From sequence record OP558005.1: a stretch of DNA of 64,000 nt, one strand, 5' to 3'. Positions within the stretch are counted from its first letter, which is position 1; the number at the start of each line of letters is the position of its first letter. Both the position numbers and the translations under genes were made by a program. Source of the stretch: Klebsiella phage vB_KpnM_VPA32. Shown here one piece after another: positions 9,028-18,595 of the stretch. Below the pieces are notes generated by a model. The model was not told the DNA's origin and searched no databases. It saw only the letters and a program-made list of their open reading frames with translations.

Positions 9028-10530
9028 ATGCACGATATCAATGTAAAATTTCATGATTTTAGTCATGTGTTTATTGAGTGTGATGAATCCACATTCCATG
9101 AACTAAGAGACTATTTTAGTTTTGAAGCTGATGGCTACAAATTCAATCCAAAGTATCGTTATGGACATTGGGATGGACGTATTCGCCTTCTGAACTATGA
9201 CCGTCTGTTACCGTTCGGCCTCGTCGGACAAATCCGTAAATTCGCAAACAACATGGGTTATTCAGTTTACTTCGAACCGAAGATTTTTGAGACTGAAGAA
9301 ATTACTCGTAAAGATTTTGATGACTGGCTTGGTAATCTTAACATTTACTCTGGGAGTAAAAAGATTGAGCCTCACTGGTATCAGAAAGATGCCGTGTTTG
9401 AAGGGTTAGTGAATCGTCGTCGAATTCTAAACCTCCCAACATCTGCTGGTAAATCTTTAATCCAATGCTTGCTTGCTCGTTATTATGTTGAGAACTACGA
9501 AGGTAAAATTTTAATCATCGTTCCAACAACAGCATTGGTTGACCAGATGATTAATGACTTCTGTGATTATCGTCTGTTTGGCAAACAACATTGTCTTGGT
9601 ATTCGCTCAGGTACAAAGCGCGATTCAGATGCAATGATTTATGTTGCCACCTGGCAGACAGCCGTTAAACAACCAAAAGAATGGTTCCATCAATTCGGCA
9701 TGATGATGAACGACGAATGTCATTTAGCTACTGGCAAGTCTATTTCAACTATAGTTGCTGGTTTAAATAATTGCATGTTTAAGTTCGGCTTGTCTGGCTC
9801 ATTAAAAGACGGTAAAGCTAATGTGATGCAGTATGTTGGAATGTTCGGTGAAATTTTCCGTCCAGTTTCAACATCTCAGCTTATGGAAGATGGTCAAGTA
9901 ACTGACTTAAAAATTAACTCAATCTTCCTTCGTTACCCAGACGAATTCACCACTAAAATGAAAGGTAAAACTTACCAAGAAGAAATCAAGGTAATTACCA
10001 GTGCAAAACGTCGTAACAAATGGGTAGCTAATTTAGCTGTTAAACTGGCCAAAAGAAATGAAAACGCGTTCTTGATGTTCAAACATGTTGCTCATGGTAA
10101 AGAGCTGTTTGAAATGATTAAAGAACTTGGGCATGAGAAAGTGTATTACGTTTCAGGCGAAGTATCAACTGAAGTTCGTAACGCATTGAAAGTGATGGCT
10201 GAAAGTGGTACGGGGATTATTGTAGTTGCATCTTATGGTGTATTCTCTACTGGTATTTCCGTTAAGAATCTTCACCATGTTATTTTAGCTCATCCAGTTA
10301 AATCTAAAATTATCGTTCTGCAAACTATCGGTCGTGTACTTCGTAAGCATGATTCTAAATCAGTTGCTACAGTATGGGATATCATCGATGATATGGGTGT
10401 TAAACCAAAATCAGCAAATGCCAAGAAGAAATACGTTCATTTGAACTATGCTTTAAAGCACGCGCTGGAGCGCATTCAGAGATATGCAGACGAAAAATTC
10501 AATTACGTAATGAAACAAATCGATATTTGA
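9028..10530 (+). CDS. uvsW: UvsW RNA-DNA and DNA-DNA helicase
   Basis: Track ORF trimmed to MHDINVKFHDF.., which resembles the T4 N-terminus MDIKVHFHDF. A helicase ATP-binding motif LNLPTSAGKS is present. The C-terminus ..RIQRYADEKFNYVMKQIDI resembles T4. Confidence 0.9.
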   Translation: MHDINVKFHDFSHVFIECDESTFHELRDYFSFEADGYKFNPKYRYGHWDGRIRLLNYDRLLPFGLVGQIRKFANNMGYSVYFEPKIFETEEITRKDFDDWLGNLNIYSGSKKIEPHWYQKDAVFEGLVNRRRILNLPTSAGKSLIQCLLARYYVENYEGKILIIVPTTALVDQMINDFCDYRLFGKQHCLGIRSGTKRDSDAMIYVATWQTAVKQPKEWFHQFGMMMNDECHLATGKSISTIVAGLNNCMFKFGLSGSLKDGKANVMQYVGMFGEIFRPVSTSQLMEDGQVTDLKINSIFLRYPDEFTTKMKGKTYQEEIKVITSAKRRNKWVANLAVKLAKRNENAFLMFKHVAHGKELFEMIKELGHEKVYYVSGEVSTEVRNALKVMAESGTGIIVVASYGVFSTGISVKNLHHVILAHPVKSKIIVLQTIGRVLRKHDSKSVATVWDIIDDMGVKPKSANAKKKYVHLNYALKHALERIQRYADEKFNYVMKQIDI

Positions 10531-10537
10531 GGAAGTT

Positions 10538-10768
10538 ATGAAAACATTCGAAGAAGTCATTTACGAAGCTACTATCGATACGTTTATGAGTAAGATTGCT
10601 CAATGCCAGACTTTGGAAGGTTTAGAAGAACTGGAAGCTTATTACAAAAAGCGTGTTAAAGAAGCTGACCTGAAAGATACTGATGATATCTCTATCCGAG
10701 ATGCATTGGCAGGAAAAAGAATGGAATTTGAATCTGAAGATGAGTCAGAGTCGGAAGAAGAATTCTAA
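10538..10768 (+). CDS. uvsW.1: UvsW.1 small acidic protein
   Basis: 76 aa, as in T4 UvsW.1, immediately after uvsW. Confidence 0.7.
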   Translation: MKTFEEVIYEATIDTFMSKIAQCQTLEGLEELEAYYKKRVKEADLKDTDDISIRDALAGKRMEFESEDESESEEEF

Positions 10769-10769
10769 T

Positions 10770-10793
10770 AAAAAGGCCCCTCGAAAGAGGGGC
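10770..10793. terminator. hairpin GGCCCCTCGAAAGAGGGGC between uvsW.1 and uvsY.-2
   Basis: GC-rich stem. A U-tract follows it on the minus-strand transcript. Confidence 0.45.
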
Positions 10794-10820
10794 AAACCAC
10801 AAGTGGCATAAAACACTAGG

Positions 10821-11012
10821 CTACATTAAAAGTTGCGTTTCGTTTAATTGCTCTTCTGCGCTTTCGCTTACCGGCAATTCAATCGCATAATTATAACAAG
10901 CACCTGGATGAACAGGGCCTTTATCTGTTTCAACAACCAACGCCGAATCAATCGGTTGCTTACAGACAGCACAAATCTTTTCAGACATGATTGTCTCCTC
11001 AGTTATTAACAA
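10821..11012 (-). CDS. uvsY.-2-like small Cys-rich protein
   Basis: 63 aa carrying CxxC...C. Position downstream of uvsY. Confidence 0.45.
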   Translation of the reverse strand: MLITEETIMSEKICAVCKQPIDSALVVETDKGPVHPGACYNYAIELPVSESAEEQLNETQLLM

Positions 11013-11014
11013 TT

Positions 11015-11242
11015 CTATTTATAAGTTTGTTTATAAACTTCCATATTGCCGCCAATTTGTCTCATATGCATGTCAATTCCCATATTTTCTTCATAGAAAT
11101 AGACATCTAAGTAACCAGCGAACTTTCCTTTGATATAAAGTACATCTTCACCGACTGGATGGTCTGGAACGATACGAATATCGTCCCTTCTAACACGCCG
11201 CGACTTCATCAAAAACTGTATTTCAGTTTCAAATTCATCCAT
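11015..11242 (-). CDS. uvsY.-1-like protein
   Basis: 75-aa ORF whose start overlaps the uvsY stop. Confidence 0.45.
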   Translation of the reverse strand: MDEFETEIQFLMKSRRVRRDDIRIVPDHPVGEDVLYIKGKFAGYLDVYFYEENMGIDMHMRQIGGNMEVYKQTYK

Positions 11243-11655
11243 TACTCACCAGCTTCAAACTTGCGCATATCAATAATATGCTTGATTGAGAATCCACGAG
11301 ATTTGATAGCATCCATCGCGTCACGACAGAACTCTAACAAAATTCCCCAGTATTGCAAACTTGTATCAATACGAAGAACTTCTTTATCAGCAGACAGAAC
11401 AGTCTTCATTTCGGACTTTTCATAACGGTCCATGCTGAACTCGTCACCATCGCCTCTGCCTGTGTAATAATCCAACTTCTGCTTTAACGCGGACTTCTTC
11501 GAAGCCTCGATGCGAAGCATTTCTTTACGAATAGCAGACAATTTTGTCAACCATTTACCATAAAGAACTGGATTATTAGCTGCTTCATACTGCAATTTAG
11601 TTGAATCAATAATCAAATCTTGTTTCAACTCCTCTTGGAGCTCTTCAAGTTTCAC
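11242..11655 (-). CDS. uvsY: recombination mediator UvsY
   Basis: 137 aa, the same length as T4 UvsY. Nearly collinear with T4 in my recollection (..KLQYEAANN.., ..DYYTGRGDGDEFSMDRYEKSEMKTVLSADKEVLRIDTSLQYWGILLEF..). Confidence 0.9.
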   Translation of the reverse strand: MKLEELQEELKQDLIIDSTKLQYEAANNPVLYGKWLTKLSAIRKEMLRIEASKKSALKQKLDYYTGRGDGDEFSMDRYEKSEMKTVLSADKEVLRIDTSLQYWGILLEFCRDAMDAIKSRGFSIKHIIDMRKFEAGE

Positions 11656-12238
11656 TCACTTTCCTCTTAAAATATTCAACCATTCCAGCATAATCTACGG
11701 CTGGAAACCCATTATTCTTAGCTATAGTACCAAATTTACCACGTTTTGGTTTATTATTGCTTAACCAAAGAGAGTACAATTCAGTTTCTTTATCCCATGG
11801 GATAGCTGAGCTTCTTTTAGATATCTTTGTAGAGTCTTTAGCCCAGTGAGATTGGGTTTTAAACTTTTCTTTCATTGATTTAGATATCTTAAGTTTTCTT
11901 TCATTTGAGCATGGGCGCTTTAATCCACTCATTGGATGTATTTCCCATACTCTGCCTCCATCTCCACCGTCTGCAATGTTAACACAATTACTGAATTTTT
12001 CTTTTGCTTCTCTTATAAGCAAATTTTCGAATTCAGCGTTTAGTTCAGCGGTTTCAAATGTGGCAAGCACATATTTTTCAAACCTTATACTTGGATTCTT
12101 TTTGGCATCTTTTATAGCCTTGCCAGAACCTATGTACTTATTGTTTAAACCGCATCTAGAAGAATGTTTTCCAAAATACAGTTTTATTCCGTTATCACTT
12201 ATAATTTTAGTAAGATAGCAATAATGGTCCATAATCAC
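11645..12238 (-). CDS. free-standing GIY-YIG homing endonuclease with NUMOD3-like motif (seg-like)
   Basis: 197 aa. The N-terminus HYCYLTKIISDNGIKLYFGKHSS..R..NNKYIGSGKA is GIY-YIG-like. A downstream SNERKLKISKSMKEKFK resembles NUMOD3. The C-terminus is basic. T4 has no gene between uvsY and 25. Confidence 0.6.
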   Translation of the reverse strand: MIMDHYCYLTKIISDNGIKLYFGKHSSRCGLNNKYIGSGKAIKDAKKNPSIRFEKYVLATFETAELNAEFENLLIREAKEKFSNCVNIADGGDGGRVWEIHPMSGLKRPCSNERKLKISKSMKEKFKTQSHWAKDSTKISKRSSAIPWDKETELYSLWLSNNKPKRGKFGTIAKNNGFPAVDYAGMVEYFKRKVSET

Positions 12239-12254
12239 CTTTCTTTGTTCAATT

Positions 12255-12300
12255 TGTTACTCTAGCAAGGAACTCAAAACCATTATAATCATCTTGAAAT
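12255..12300 (-). promoter_or_regulatory. possible middle-type promoter (MotA-box-like cGCTTTCA + TATAAT) for the HEG
   Basis: The minus-strand sequence reads ..atCGCTTTCAtttcaagatgatTATAATggtt.., with 12 nt between the box and the -10, then RBS aaaggtgattATG. Confidence 0.3.
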
Positions 12301-12308
12301 GAAAGCGA

Positions 12309-12707
12309 TTAGTTACGGCTTGAGCTTGCCAACTGAAGCTTAATCTGCTCAAGGTCGTCCGGGTTGTCAACTACAGAGAACCGAACTTCAACGATAAGCG
12401 TATGGTCATCGTAAACCGGAGTAACATTCACTTGTAGACGACGGACTCGCGGTTCATAGTTTCTTATAGCAGATATGATATTTCGTTCTACTGTATCAGC
12501 TGTCAGAGGAGTCATGTTCTCGAAAAGCTGGTCTTGTAAATCACACCCAAAGTTAGGGTCGAATGGACGGCTTCCCTTTCTTGTTGTTATAATACCTAAA
12601 AGAGAGTTTTTAATTGCTCGTAACCCACGAGCACGTGCCACGTCTTTGGACCAATCCATTTTAAGTTCAGGGTCCAAATCCGAATAAAGGTCATTTATAT
12701 TTGCCAT
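12309..12707 (-). CDS. 25: baseplate wedge protein gp25
   Basis: 132 aa, the same length as T4 gp25, and close to it throughout (MANINDLYSDLDPELKMDW.., ..RKGSRPFDP.FGCDL.DQLFENMTPLTADTVERNI..). Confidence 0.9.
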   Translation of the reverse strand: MANINDLYSDLDPELKMDWSKDVARARGLRAIKNSLLGIITTRKGSRPFDPNFGCDLQDQLFENMTPLTADTVERNIISAIRNYEPRVRRLQVNVTPVYDDHTLIVEVRFSVVDNPDDLEQIKLQLASSSRN

Positions 12708-13336
12708 TACAGATACCTGAAGAATTCTTTAAGGCCTTTAATCACTTCAACGTGAGTTGCTCCGCATTTCTGACATTTCACAGGAACTGCAAGATAAACG
12801 GTAGGCTTTAAAAGCATATTTTTGATGCGGATAATATCCTCTTCAGTGATAGCTGAGTAAAGGTCATCGATTTCTTTGTCATTCAAATCTTCGATTGAAA
12901 TGGTTTCACCATTCACATAGATGTACTCGATACACGTAGCAATCATCTGTGCGATGTTCTTATCATCGAATAATTTTGGATAACGAAGCTTAAGTTTAAA
13001 ATTCGCTAGAGGATACCAGAGGTCTTCTGGTTCATCGATTTGTGCAGATGTAAAGTTAATCGGTGTTAATGTTTCGTGACCCTCTGGACATATCCAGATG
13101 TTCTCATGATTAACCTCACCTAATGAGTGAGACCATAACTGAATCAGCAGAAGTTCTGATTCTTGTTTGTTAAGGTTTCGTGCTGATGTACAATTATTAA
13201 TCAACCGTTTTACTACTTCATCAATGTTTCCATTGATTTTGCCATCGATGAGCTCTTTGTATTCTTCTAACGTAAAAGCTCTGCATTGGATATCAGAGCC
13301 GTTAATCTGGACTTCAAATTTGTAATCGTAGTTCAT
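12707..13336 (-). CDS. 26: baseplate hub subunit gp26
   Basis: 209 aa against T4 gp26 at 208 aa. It is divergent from gene 51, as in T4. Confidence 0.8.
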   Translation of the reverse strand: MNYDYKFEVQINGSDIQCRAFTLEEYKELIDGKINGNIDEVVKRLINNCTSARNLNKQESELLLIQLWSHSLGEVNHENIWICPEGHETLTPINFTSAQIDEPEDLWYPLANFKLKLRYPKLFDDKNIAQMIATCIEYIYVNGETISIEDLNDKEIDDLYSAITEEDIIRIKNMLLKPTVYLAVPVKCQKCGATHVEVIKGLKEFFRYL

Positions 13337-13353
13337 ATTAGCTCCTTACGGAC

Positions 13354-13365
13354 TATTTATAAATA
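13354..13365. promoter_or_regulatory. palindromic bidirectional late promoter TATTTATAAATA between genes 26 and 51
   Basis: The 12-bp sequence is its own reverse complement, so it gives TATAAATA on both strands. It lies 20-30 nt from each divergent start codon. Confidence 0.55.
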
Positions 13366-13385
13366 TTTCAATAAAGGAGACCTCT

Positions 13386-14138
13386 ATGGCCAATATAATT
13401 CGTTGTGTACTACCGGACGGGGTCCATCGTTTTAAACCCTTCACGGTAGCTGATTACAGAGATTTTCTTCTGGTTCGTAACGACATGCAACACAAAACTT
13501 ACGAAGAGCAGAAGGTGATTATAAAAGAACTTTTAGCTGATTACTTTGGTGAATATCCAGAGACTTTACGTCCATACATGTTCATGAAAGTATTCACTGG
13601 CTCAATCGGTAAAACAAAAATTCCAGTAGCTTTCACTTGTCCGACTTGCGAAAAACAAAAGCAAGTTCTGTTTGATATCAGTCAAGAGGATTTGGTTGAA
13701 CCTACTATTGAAGTGGCTGGAATCACAATAGCTTTCAAATTCCCTGAGAAGGAATACGAAGATAAAGCTGCAATGATTTATGATTGCATTAAAGCAATTA
13801 AATACAACAATCAATGGTATCCTTGGAAAGAGATGTCGGAAGACAACCAAATCCAAGTAATAGAAGCAATTGACTTCACAACGTTTGAAAAGATTTACAC
13901 TCAATTAACTCCGATGAGATTTGAACTTAAGATGAAATGTTGCGAGTTGAGAACAAACGTGTATGAAGACATTTTATCAGTCTTTAAGCTTCTGATAAAC
14001 CCGGATGAAATTTTTAGCTTCTACCAAATCAATCACACTCTAGTTAAAAGTTCATACGACTTGAACAGCATAATGGGTATGATTCCAATCGAGCGAAGCA
14101 TCGCCCTTTCGTTAGTAGAGAAGGACAATAAGAAATGA
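13386..14138 (+). CDS. 51: baseplate hub assembly catalyst gp51
   Basis: 250 aa against T4 gp51 at 249 aa. Synteny fits. Confidence 0.8.
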   Translation: MANIIRCVLPDGVHRFKPFTVADYRDFLLVRNDMQHKTYEEQKVIIKELLADYFGEYPETLRPYMFMKVFTGSIGKTKIPVAFTCPTCEKQKQVLFDISQEDLVEPTIEVAGITIAFKFPEKEYEDKAAMIYDCIKAIKYNNQWYPWKEMSEDNQIQVIEAIDFTTFEKIYTQLTPMRFELKMKCCELRTNVYEDILSVFKLLINPDEIFSFYQINHTLVKSSYDLNSIMGMIPIERSIALSLVEKDNKK

Positions 14139-15319
14139 CAGTACTACAACGTCCAGGTTTTCCTAACTTAAGCATAAAGCTCTATGAAAATTACGATGCT
14201 TGGTTAGATAACCGTTTCCTTGAATTAGCAGCAACTGTAACTACACTCACAATGCGTGATGGCCTTTATGGAAGAAATGAAGGGATGCTGCAATTCTATG
14301 ACAACAAAAATATGCATACAAGAATGAATGGTGACCAAATCATTCAGATTTCTGTAGCTAATGCGAACAGTAAAAGAACGTTGAACCGCATTTATGGTTG
14401 TAAGCACTTTTCAGTTTCAGTTGACTCTAAAGGTGATAACATAATCGCAATTCAGCTTGGATTAGTGCATGAGATTATCAACCTCAAATTTAGTCGTTGT
14501 TTCTTCAATGATGCAGGTGAGTCAATTAAAGAGATGATTGGTGTAATTTACCAAGACACTCCTCATATCGCTCCAGCTATAAACTCGATTAACACTTACG
14601 TTCCACGAGTTCCATGGACGAGTACGTTAAAAGACTATTTAGCTTGGGTTAGAGAAATATCTCTAGCCGTTGAAAGTGACCAGTTTGTATTTGTATGGGA
14701 AGACATCTATGGCATTAACATGATGGACTACGCGTTCATGATTGCCCAAGAGCCTATCCCGGTTGTTGTTGGTGAACCACGCCAAATTGGCCAAATGATT
14801 AATGAATTGAACACTGACCTTGCTTATAATTTCGAGTGGCTTACTAAAGCTAATCAATTCACTCGAAACCCGATGGCAAATGCGACATTTTATGCTCACA
14901 GCTTCCTTGATAATCAATTCCCTCGAATTGTTACAGGTGATGGTTATAACTCGGTGCTAGTGTCTCGTTCAGGTTCATATTCTGAAATGACTTATCGTAA
15001 CGCATATGAAGAAGCTTTACGATTAGGAACAATGGCGCAATATGATGGTTACGCTAAGTGCACTATGGTTGGTAACTTTGAATATACTCCAGGAAAAAAG
15101 ATAAACTTCTTTGACCCTAAAAACCAGTTCCGCACAAACTTTTACGTAGATGAAGTTATTCATGAAGTTTCTAACAACCAGTCAATAACTACATTGTATA
15201 TGTTTACTAACGGACAGAACTTAAGTCCAGTAGAACCAATTAAGGTGAAAAATGAATTTAAACCTAATACTTCCAATGAAAACAATTCAAGTGAACCAGA
15301 AGGAAATAAAAATTCCTAA
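14135..15319 (+). CDS. 27: baseplate hub subunit gp27
   Basis: 394 aa against T4 gp27 at 391 aa. Its start overlaps the gene 51 stop as ATGA. Confidence 0.85.
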   Translation: MTVLQRPGFPNLSIKLYENYDAWLDNRFLELAATVTTLTMRDGLYGRNEGMLQFYDNKNMHTRMNGDQIIQISVANANSKRTLNRIYGCKHFSVSVDSKGDNIIAIQLGLVHEIINLKFSRCFFNDAGESIKEMIGVIYQDTPHIAPAINSINTYVPRVPWTSTLKDYLAWVREISLAVESDQFVFVWEDIYGINMMDYAFMIAQEPIPVVVGEPRQIGQMINELNTDLAYNFEWLTKANQFTRNPMANATFYAHSFLDNQFPRIVTGDGYNSVLVSRSGSYSEMTYRNAYEEALRLGTMAQYDGYAKCTMVGNFEYTPGKKINFFDPKNQFRTNFYVDEVIHEVSNNQSITTLYMFTNGQNLSPVEPIKVKNEFKPNTSNENNSSEPEGNKNS

Positions 15320-15779
15320 GCTTGGATTGAAGCATCACAACATGCTGAAAGAAGTTAAATCTCCGGAAGAGAATTTATCGCTGCTGATTAATTCAATTCA
15401 TCCAGGTTTAACACCAGCCGAAATCGATTACGTTTCAATTCATTTACTTGAGTTCAACGGTAAGATTAAAAGTAAGGTAGTCAAAGATGATTTTGAATAT
15501 GACCTTTCAACTTTAAGAATTGTTCAACGATTAGAATTTCAATTCGCTGGTCATACTTTCAAATTCAGAGCTCCTAAGCAGTTTGAAGGATTTGGCGGTG
15601 TTGATAAGATGCTTTCAAAATGCCTTGAAACGGTAGACGGTAAAAAAGAAGATGTCGACTTCATGAAGATGCCAGCATTTGTAACTAAATGGGCAGACGA
15701 CATTTCAAGTACCGTAGCAGTAAGCGGCCCTAATGGCGACATCAGAGGAGTTGCCAAAATCATAGGAATTTTTGAATGA
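15252..15779 (+). CDS. 28: baseplate hub distal subunit gp28
   Basis: 175 aa against T4 gp28 at 177 aa. The true start may be the internal MKTIQ at 15276. Confidence 0.75.
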   Translation: MNLNLILPMKTIQVNQKEIKIPKLGLKHHNMLKEVKSPEENLSLLINSIHPGLTPAEIDYVSIHLLEFNGKIKSKVVKDDFEYDLSTLRIVQRLEFQFAGHTFKFRAPKQFEGFGGVDKMLSKCLETVDGKKEDVDFMKMPAFVTKWADDISSTVAVSGPNGDIRGVAKIIGIFE

Positions 15780-17536
15780 AAACCGAAAACATGAAGACGA
15801 TGCGTCGGAAGGTTATTGAAGAGGGTCGTAGTGAAAGAGATGCAGCGAAAGCTGCATCAACTCAAGCCGAATCTTTATCAGTTCTTTCTTCCCAGCTTGA
15901 TGATTTACAAACTCAAGCTGAGCTTACGTCTGAAGTAATTGAGGATAAAGGTAATCAAGTTATTGATGCCTTGAATCGCGTTGACCAAAGCATAATTGAT
16001 ACTACAGCCGGAGCTGAATTAACCGCCGAAGCATCTGAAAGAACTACAGAAGCTGTTAAGCAGCAGACTGAAGTATCAAACAAGATTTCAGATAAGCTCA
16101 GTAAGCTAACAGAACTTTTAAATGAACGTCTTTCAGCTATCACTCCGAATCTTCCACAGATATCTGTTCCAGATACATCACTGTCTGTAGTTGAAGATGC
16201 AGTACCTGTTGATATAGTGACACCAGGGTTACCAGAATTACTTCAGGAGTTAATTCCGGACCCGGTCAATAATACCAATAACCCTAATGATGCGTTCTTC
16301 CCTACCGTTCCAGAGAACCCAGAGAGTGATTCTAAAAAGGGAGCTGATGAGGAACGTAAAAAGAAAGACTCTGACACTCTGAGCAATCTGCTTAAAGCTA
16401 CAAAAAGCGGATTCAAAGCTTCAATGAGCATTACAGACAGAATAGCTGGAATGCTTTTCAAGTACACTGTAACTGCTGTGATTGAAGCTGCTAAAACAGC
16501 TGCACTGTTGTTCTCTATTGTGCTTGGCATTGATGTCATAATGAAGCACTTCAAATATTGGTCAGACAAATTCACTTCGGATTTCGATAAGTTCTCTAGC
16601 GAAGCTGGCGAATGGGGAAGCACATTAGCATCTATATTTGGAACACTTGAAAATATTCAGAAGTTCTGGGAAGCTGGAGACTGGTCTGGATTGGCAGTTG
16701 CAATTGTCAAAGGCGTAACTGAAATCATTTACAACCTCAGTGAACTTATTTCTCTTGGAATGTCAAAGGTAGCTGCTGCTATTCTTTCAATTATTCCTGG
16801 CTTAGGAGATGCTGCATTATCTGTTGAAGGGGCTGCATTAGAAGGATTCCAAGAAAGAACAGGTAACTCTCTTTCTAAAGAAGACCAAGACACATTAGCT
16901 AAGTATCAATCATCTAAGATTGAAAAAGGCGAAAACTTCTTCGATAAAGTATCTCAAGGTAAAACTTGGATTGTTAACAAAATAACTGGAGATGCTAACA
17001 TTTCTGATTTTGTTACAGATGAAGAAAGAGAATCCCAGAATGAAAAACTTCGTCAGATGAAACCTGAAGAAAGGGAACAAGTTCTGAAGAAAGGGAATGA
17101 AGCTCGTGCTGCTATTGTTAGATTTGAAAAATACATGGAACAAATCAACCCTGACGATAAACGTTCAGTTGAATCAGCTGACAAAGCGTATGCTAATCTT
17201 CAAACGCAGTTAAACGACACTGACCTGAATAATTCTCCTGTAACTAAAAAAGAATTAAGTGCTCGTATGAATATTGTTACTGCTAAGTATGATAAGCTCA
17301 AAGGTAAAGAACCTCAGCCTGCTCCATCGTCTCAATCTGAGGATGTTAAAAAAGTCGAAAGCATTGAGAAGAATAAAGCGGCTAAAGAGGCTTCATTAGG
17401 TACTAGTGCTGGAGCTGCTGCGGCTAACTTGTTCAATACAAATAACGTCATTAACAACAGTAGAACTATAAATACTGTTAGTCCTGTAACGAGCACTAAT
17501 GCTCCAGGCGTATTTGGTGCAACTGGTGTTAACTAA
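15776..17536 (+). CDS. 29: baseplate hub / tail-length determinator gp29
   Basis: 586 aa against T4 gp29 at 590 aa. ATGA overlap with gene 28. Confidence 0.85.
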   Translation: MKTENMKTMRRKVIEEGRSERDAAKAASTQAESLSVLSSQLDDLQTQAELTSEVIEDKGNQVIDALNRVDQSIIDTTAGAELTAEASERTTEAVKQQTEVSNKISDKLSKLTELLNERLSAITPNLPQISVPDTSLSVVEDAVPVDIVTPGLPELLQELIPDPVNNTNNPNDAFFPTVPENPESDSKKGADEERKKKDSDTLSNLLKATKSGFKASMSITDRIAGMLFKYTVTAVIEAAKTAALLFSIVLGIDVIMKHFKYWSDKFTSDFDKFSSEAGEWGSTLASIFGTLENIQKFWEAGDWSGLAVAIVKGVTEIIYNLSELISLGMSKVAAAILSIIPGLGDAALSVEGAALEGFQERTGNSLSKEDQDTLAKYQSSKIEKGENFFDKVSQGKTWIVNKITGDANISDFVTDEERESQNEKLRQMKPEEREQVLKKGNEARAAIVRFEKYMEQINPDDKRSVESADKAYANLQTQLNDTDLNNSPVTKKELSARMNIVTAKYDKLKGKEPQPAPSSQSEDVKKVESIEKNKAAKEASLGTSAGAAAANLFNTNNVINNSRTINTVSPVTSTNAPGVFGATGVN

Positions 17537-17545
17537 GGAATAATC

Positions 17546-18595
17546 ATGGCTATAAGAGCTACAGAAATTCTAGATAAAGATTTCGGCAGTGGAGAAAAGA
17601 CCTCTGCCGGTCAAAGTTCTATTTCGTCAACTCGAAGAAGTACTATAGTAGCTCAATACCCGGCACAACGTGCCGCCGGTAACGATGCTGCAGGAGACCT
17701 TCGTGTTCATGACCTTTATAAGAATGGATTGTTATTTACTGCATACGATATGAGTTCAAGAACATCTCCGGACCTTCGTAATATGCGTCAATCCCAATTG
17801 AGTAAATCAGCGAGTTCTATTCTTAATAGCCTCGGAATTAAAAATAACGGCCAAGTTGATAAATCTCCGATTGCGAATATTTTACTTCCACGTTCTAAAT
17901 CTGACGTTGAATCAACTTCTCACAAGTTCAATGACGTTGGTGAATCATTAATTACTCGTGGAAATAATTCAGCTACTGGAGTATTGAGTAACGTTGCATC
18001 CACAGCAGTATTTGGTGCATTAGATTCAGTCACTCAAGGTCTGATGGCCGACAATAACGAGCAAATCTATAATACTGCGCGAAGCATGTATGCTGGAGCA
18101 GATAACAGAACAAAAGTATTCACTTGGGATTTGACTCCTCGTTCAGTAGCTGATTTAGTTTCAATTATTCAGATATACGAGTGCTTTAATTATTTCAGCT
18201 ATGGCGAAACTGGCAATTCAAGTTACGCTAAAGAATTAAAAGGCCAATTGGATGAGTGGTACAAAACAACTCTGTTGTCTCCATTAACTCCAGATGGAGC
18301 TGATTTGAACAACACAATGTTTGAAAATATCACTTCATTCTTAAGTAACGTTATTGTTGTAACTAACCCAACGGTATGGTTCATCAGAAACTTTGGTAAG
18401 ACATCTAAATTTGATGGAAGAACCGAGTTGTTTGGTCCATGCCAGATTCAGAGTATTCGCTTTGATAAAACTCCGAATGGTCAATTCAATGGTTTAGCAA
18501 TTGCTCCTAATATGCCAAGCACTTTTACTCTGGAAATTACTTTCCGCGAAATCTTGACATTAAGCAGGGCATCACTTTATGCAGAAGGTTTCTAA
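17546..18595 (+). CDS. 48: baseplate tail-tube cap gp48
   Basis: 349-aa ORF in the syntenic position between 29 and 54. Confidence 0.8.
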   Translation: MAIRATEILDKDFGSGEKTSAGQSSISSTRRSTIVAQYPAQRAAGNDAAGDLRVHDLYKNGLLFTAYDMSSRTSPDLRNMRQSQLSKSASSILNSLGIKNNGQVDKSPIANILLPRSKSDVESTSHKFNDVGESLITRGNNSATGVLSNVASTAVFGALDSVTQGLMADNNEQIYNTARSMYAGADNRTKVFTWDLTPRSVADLVSIIQIYECFNYFSYGETGNSSYAKELKGQLDEWYKTTLLSPLTPDGADLNNTMFENITSFLSNVIVVTNPTVWFIRNFGKTSKFDGRTELFGPCQIQSIRFDKTPNGQFNGLAIAPNMPSTFTLEITFREILTLSRASLYAEGF

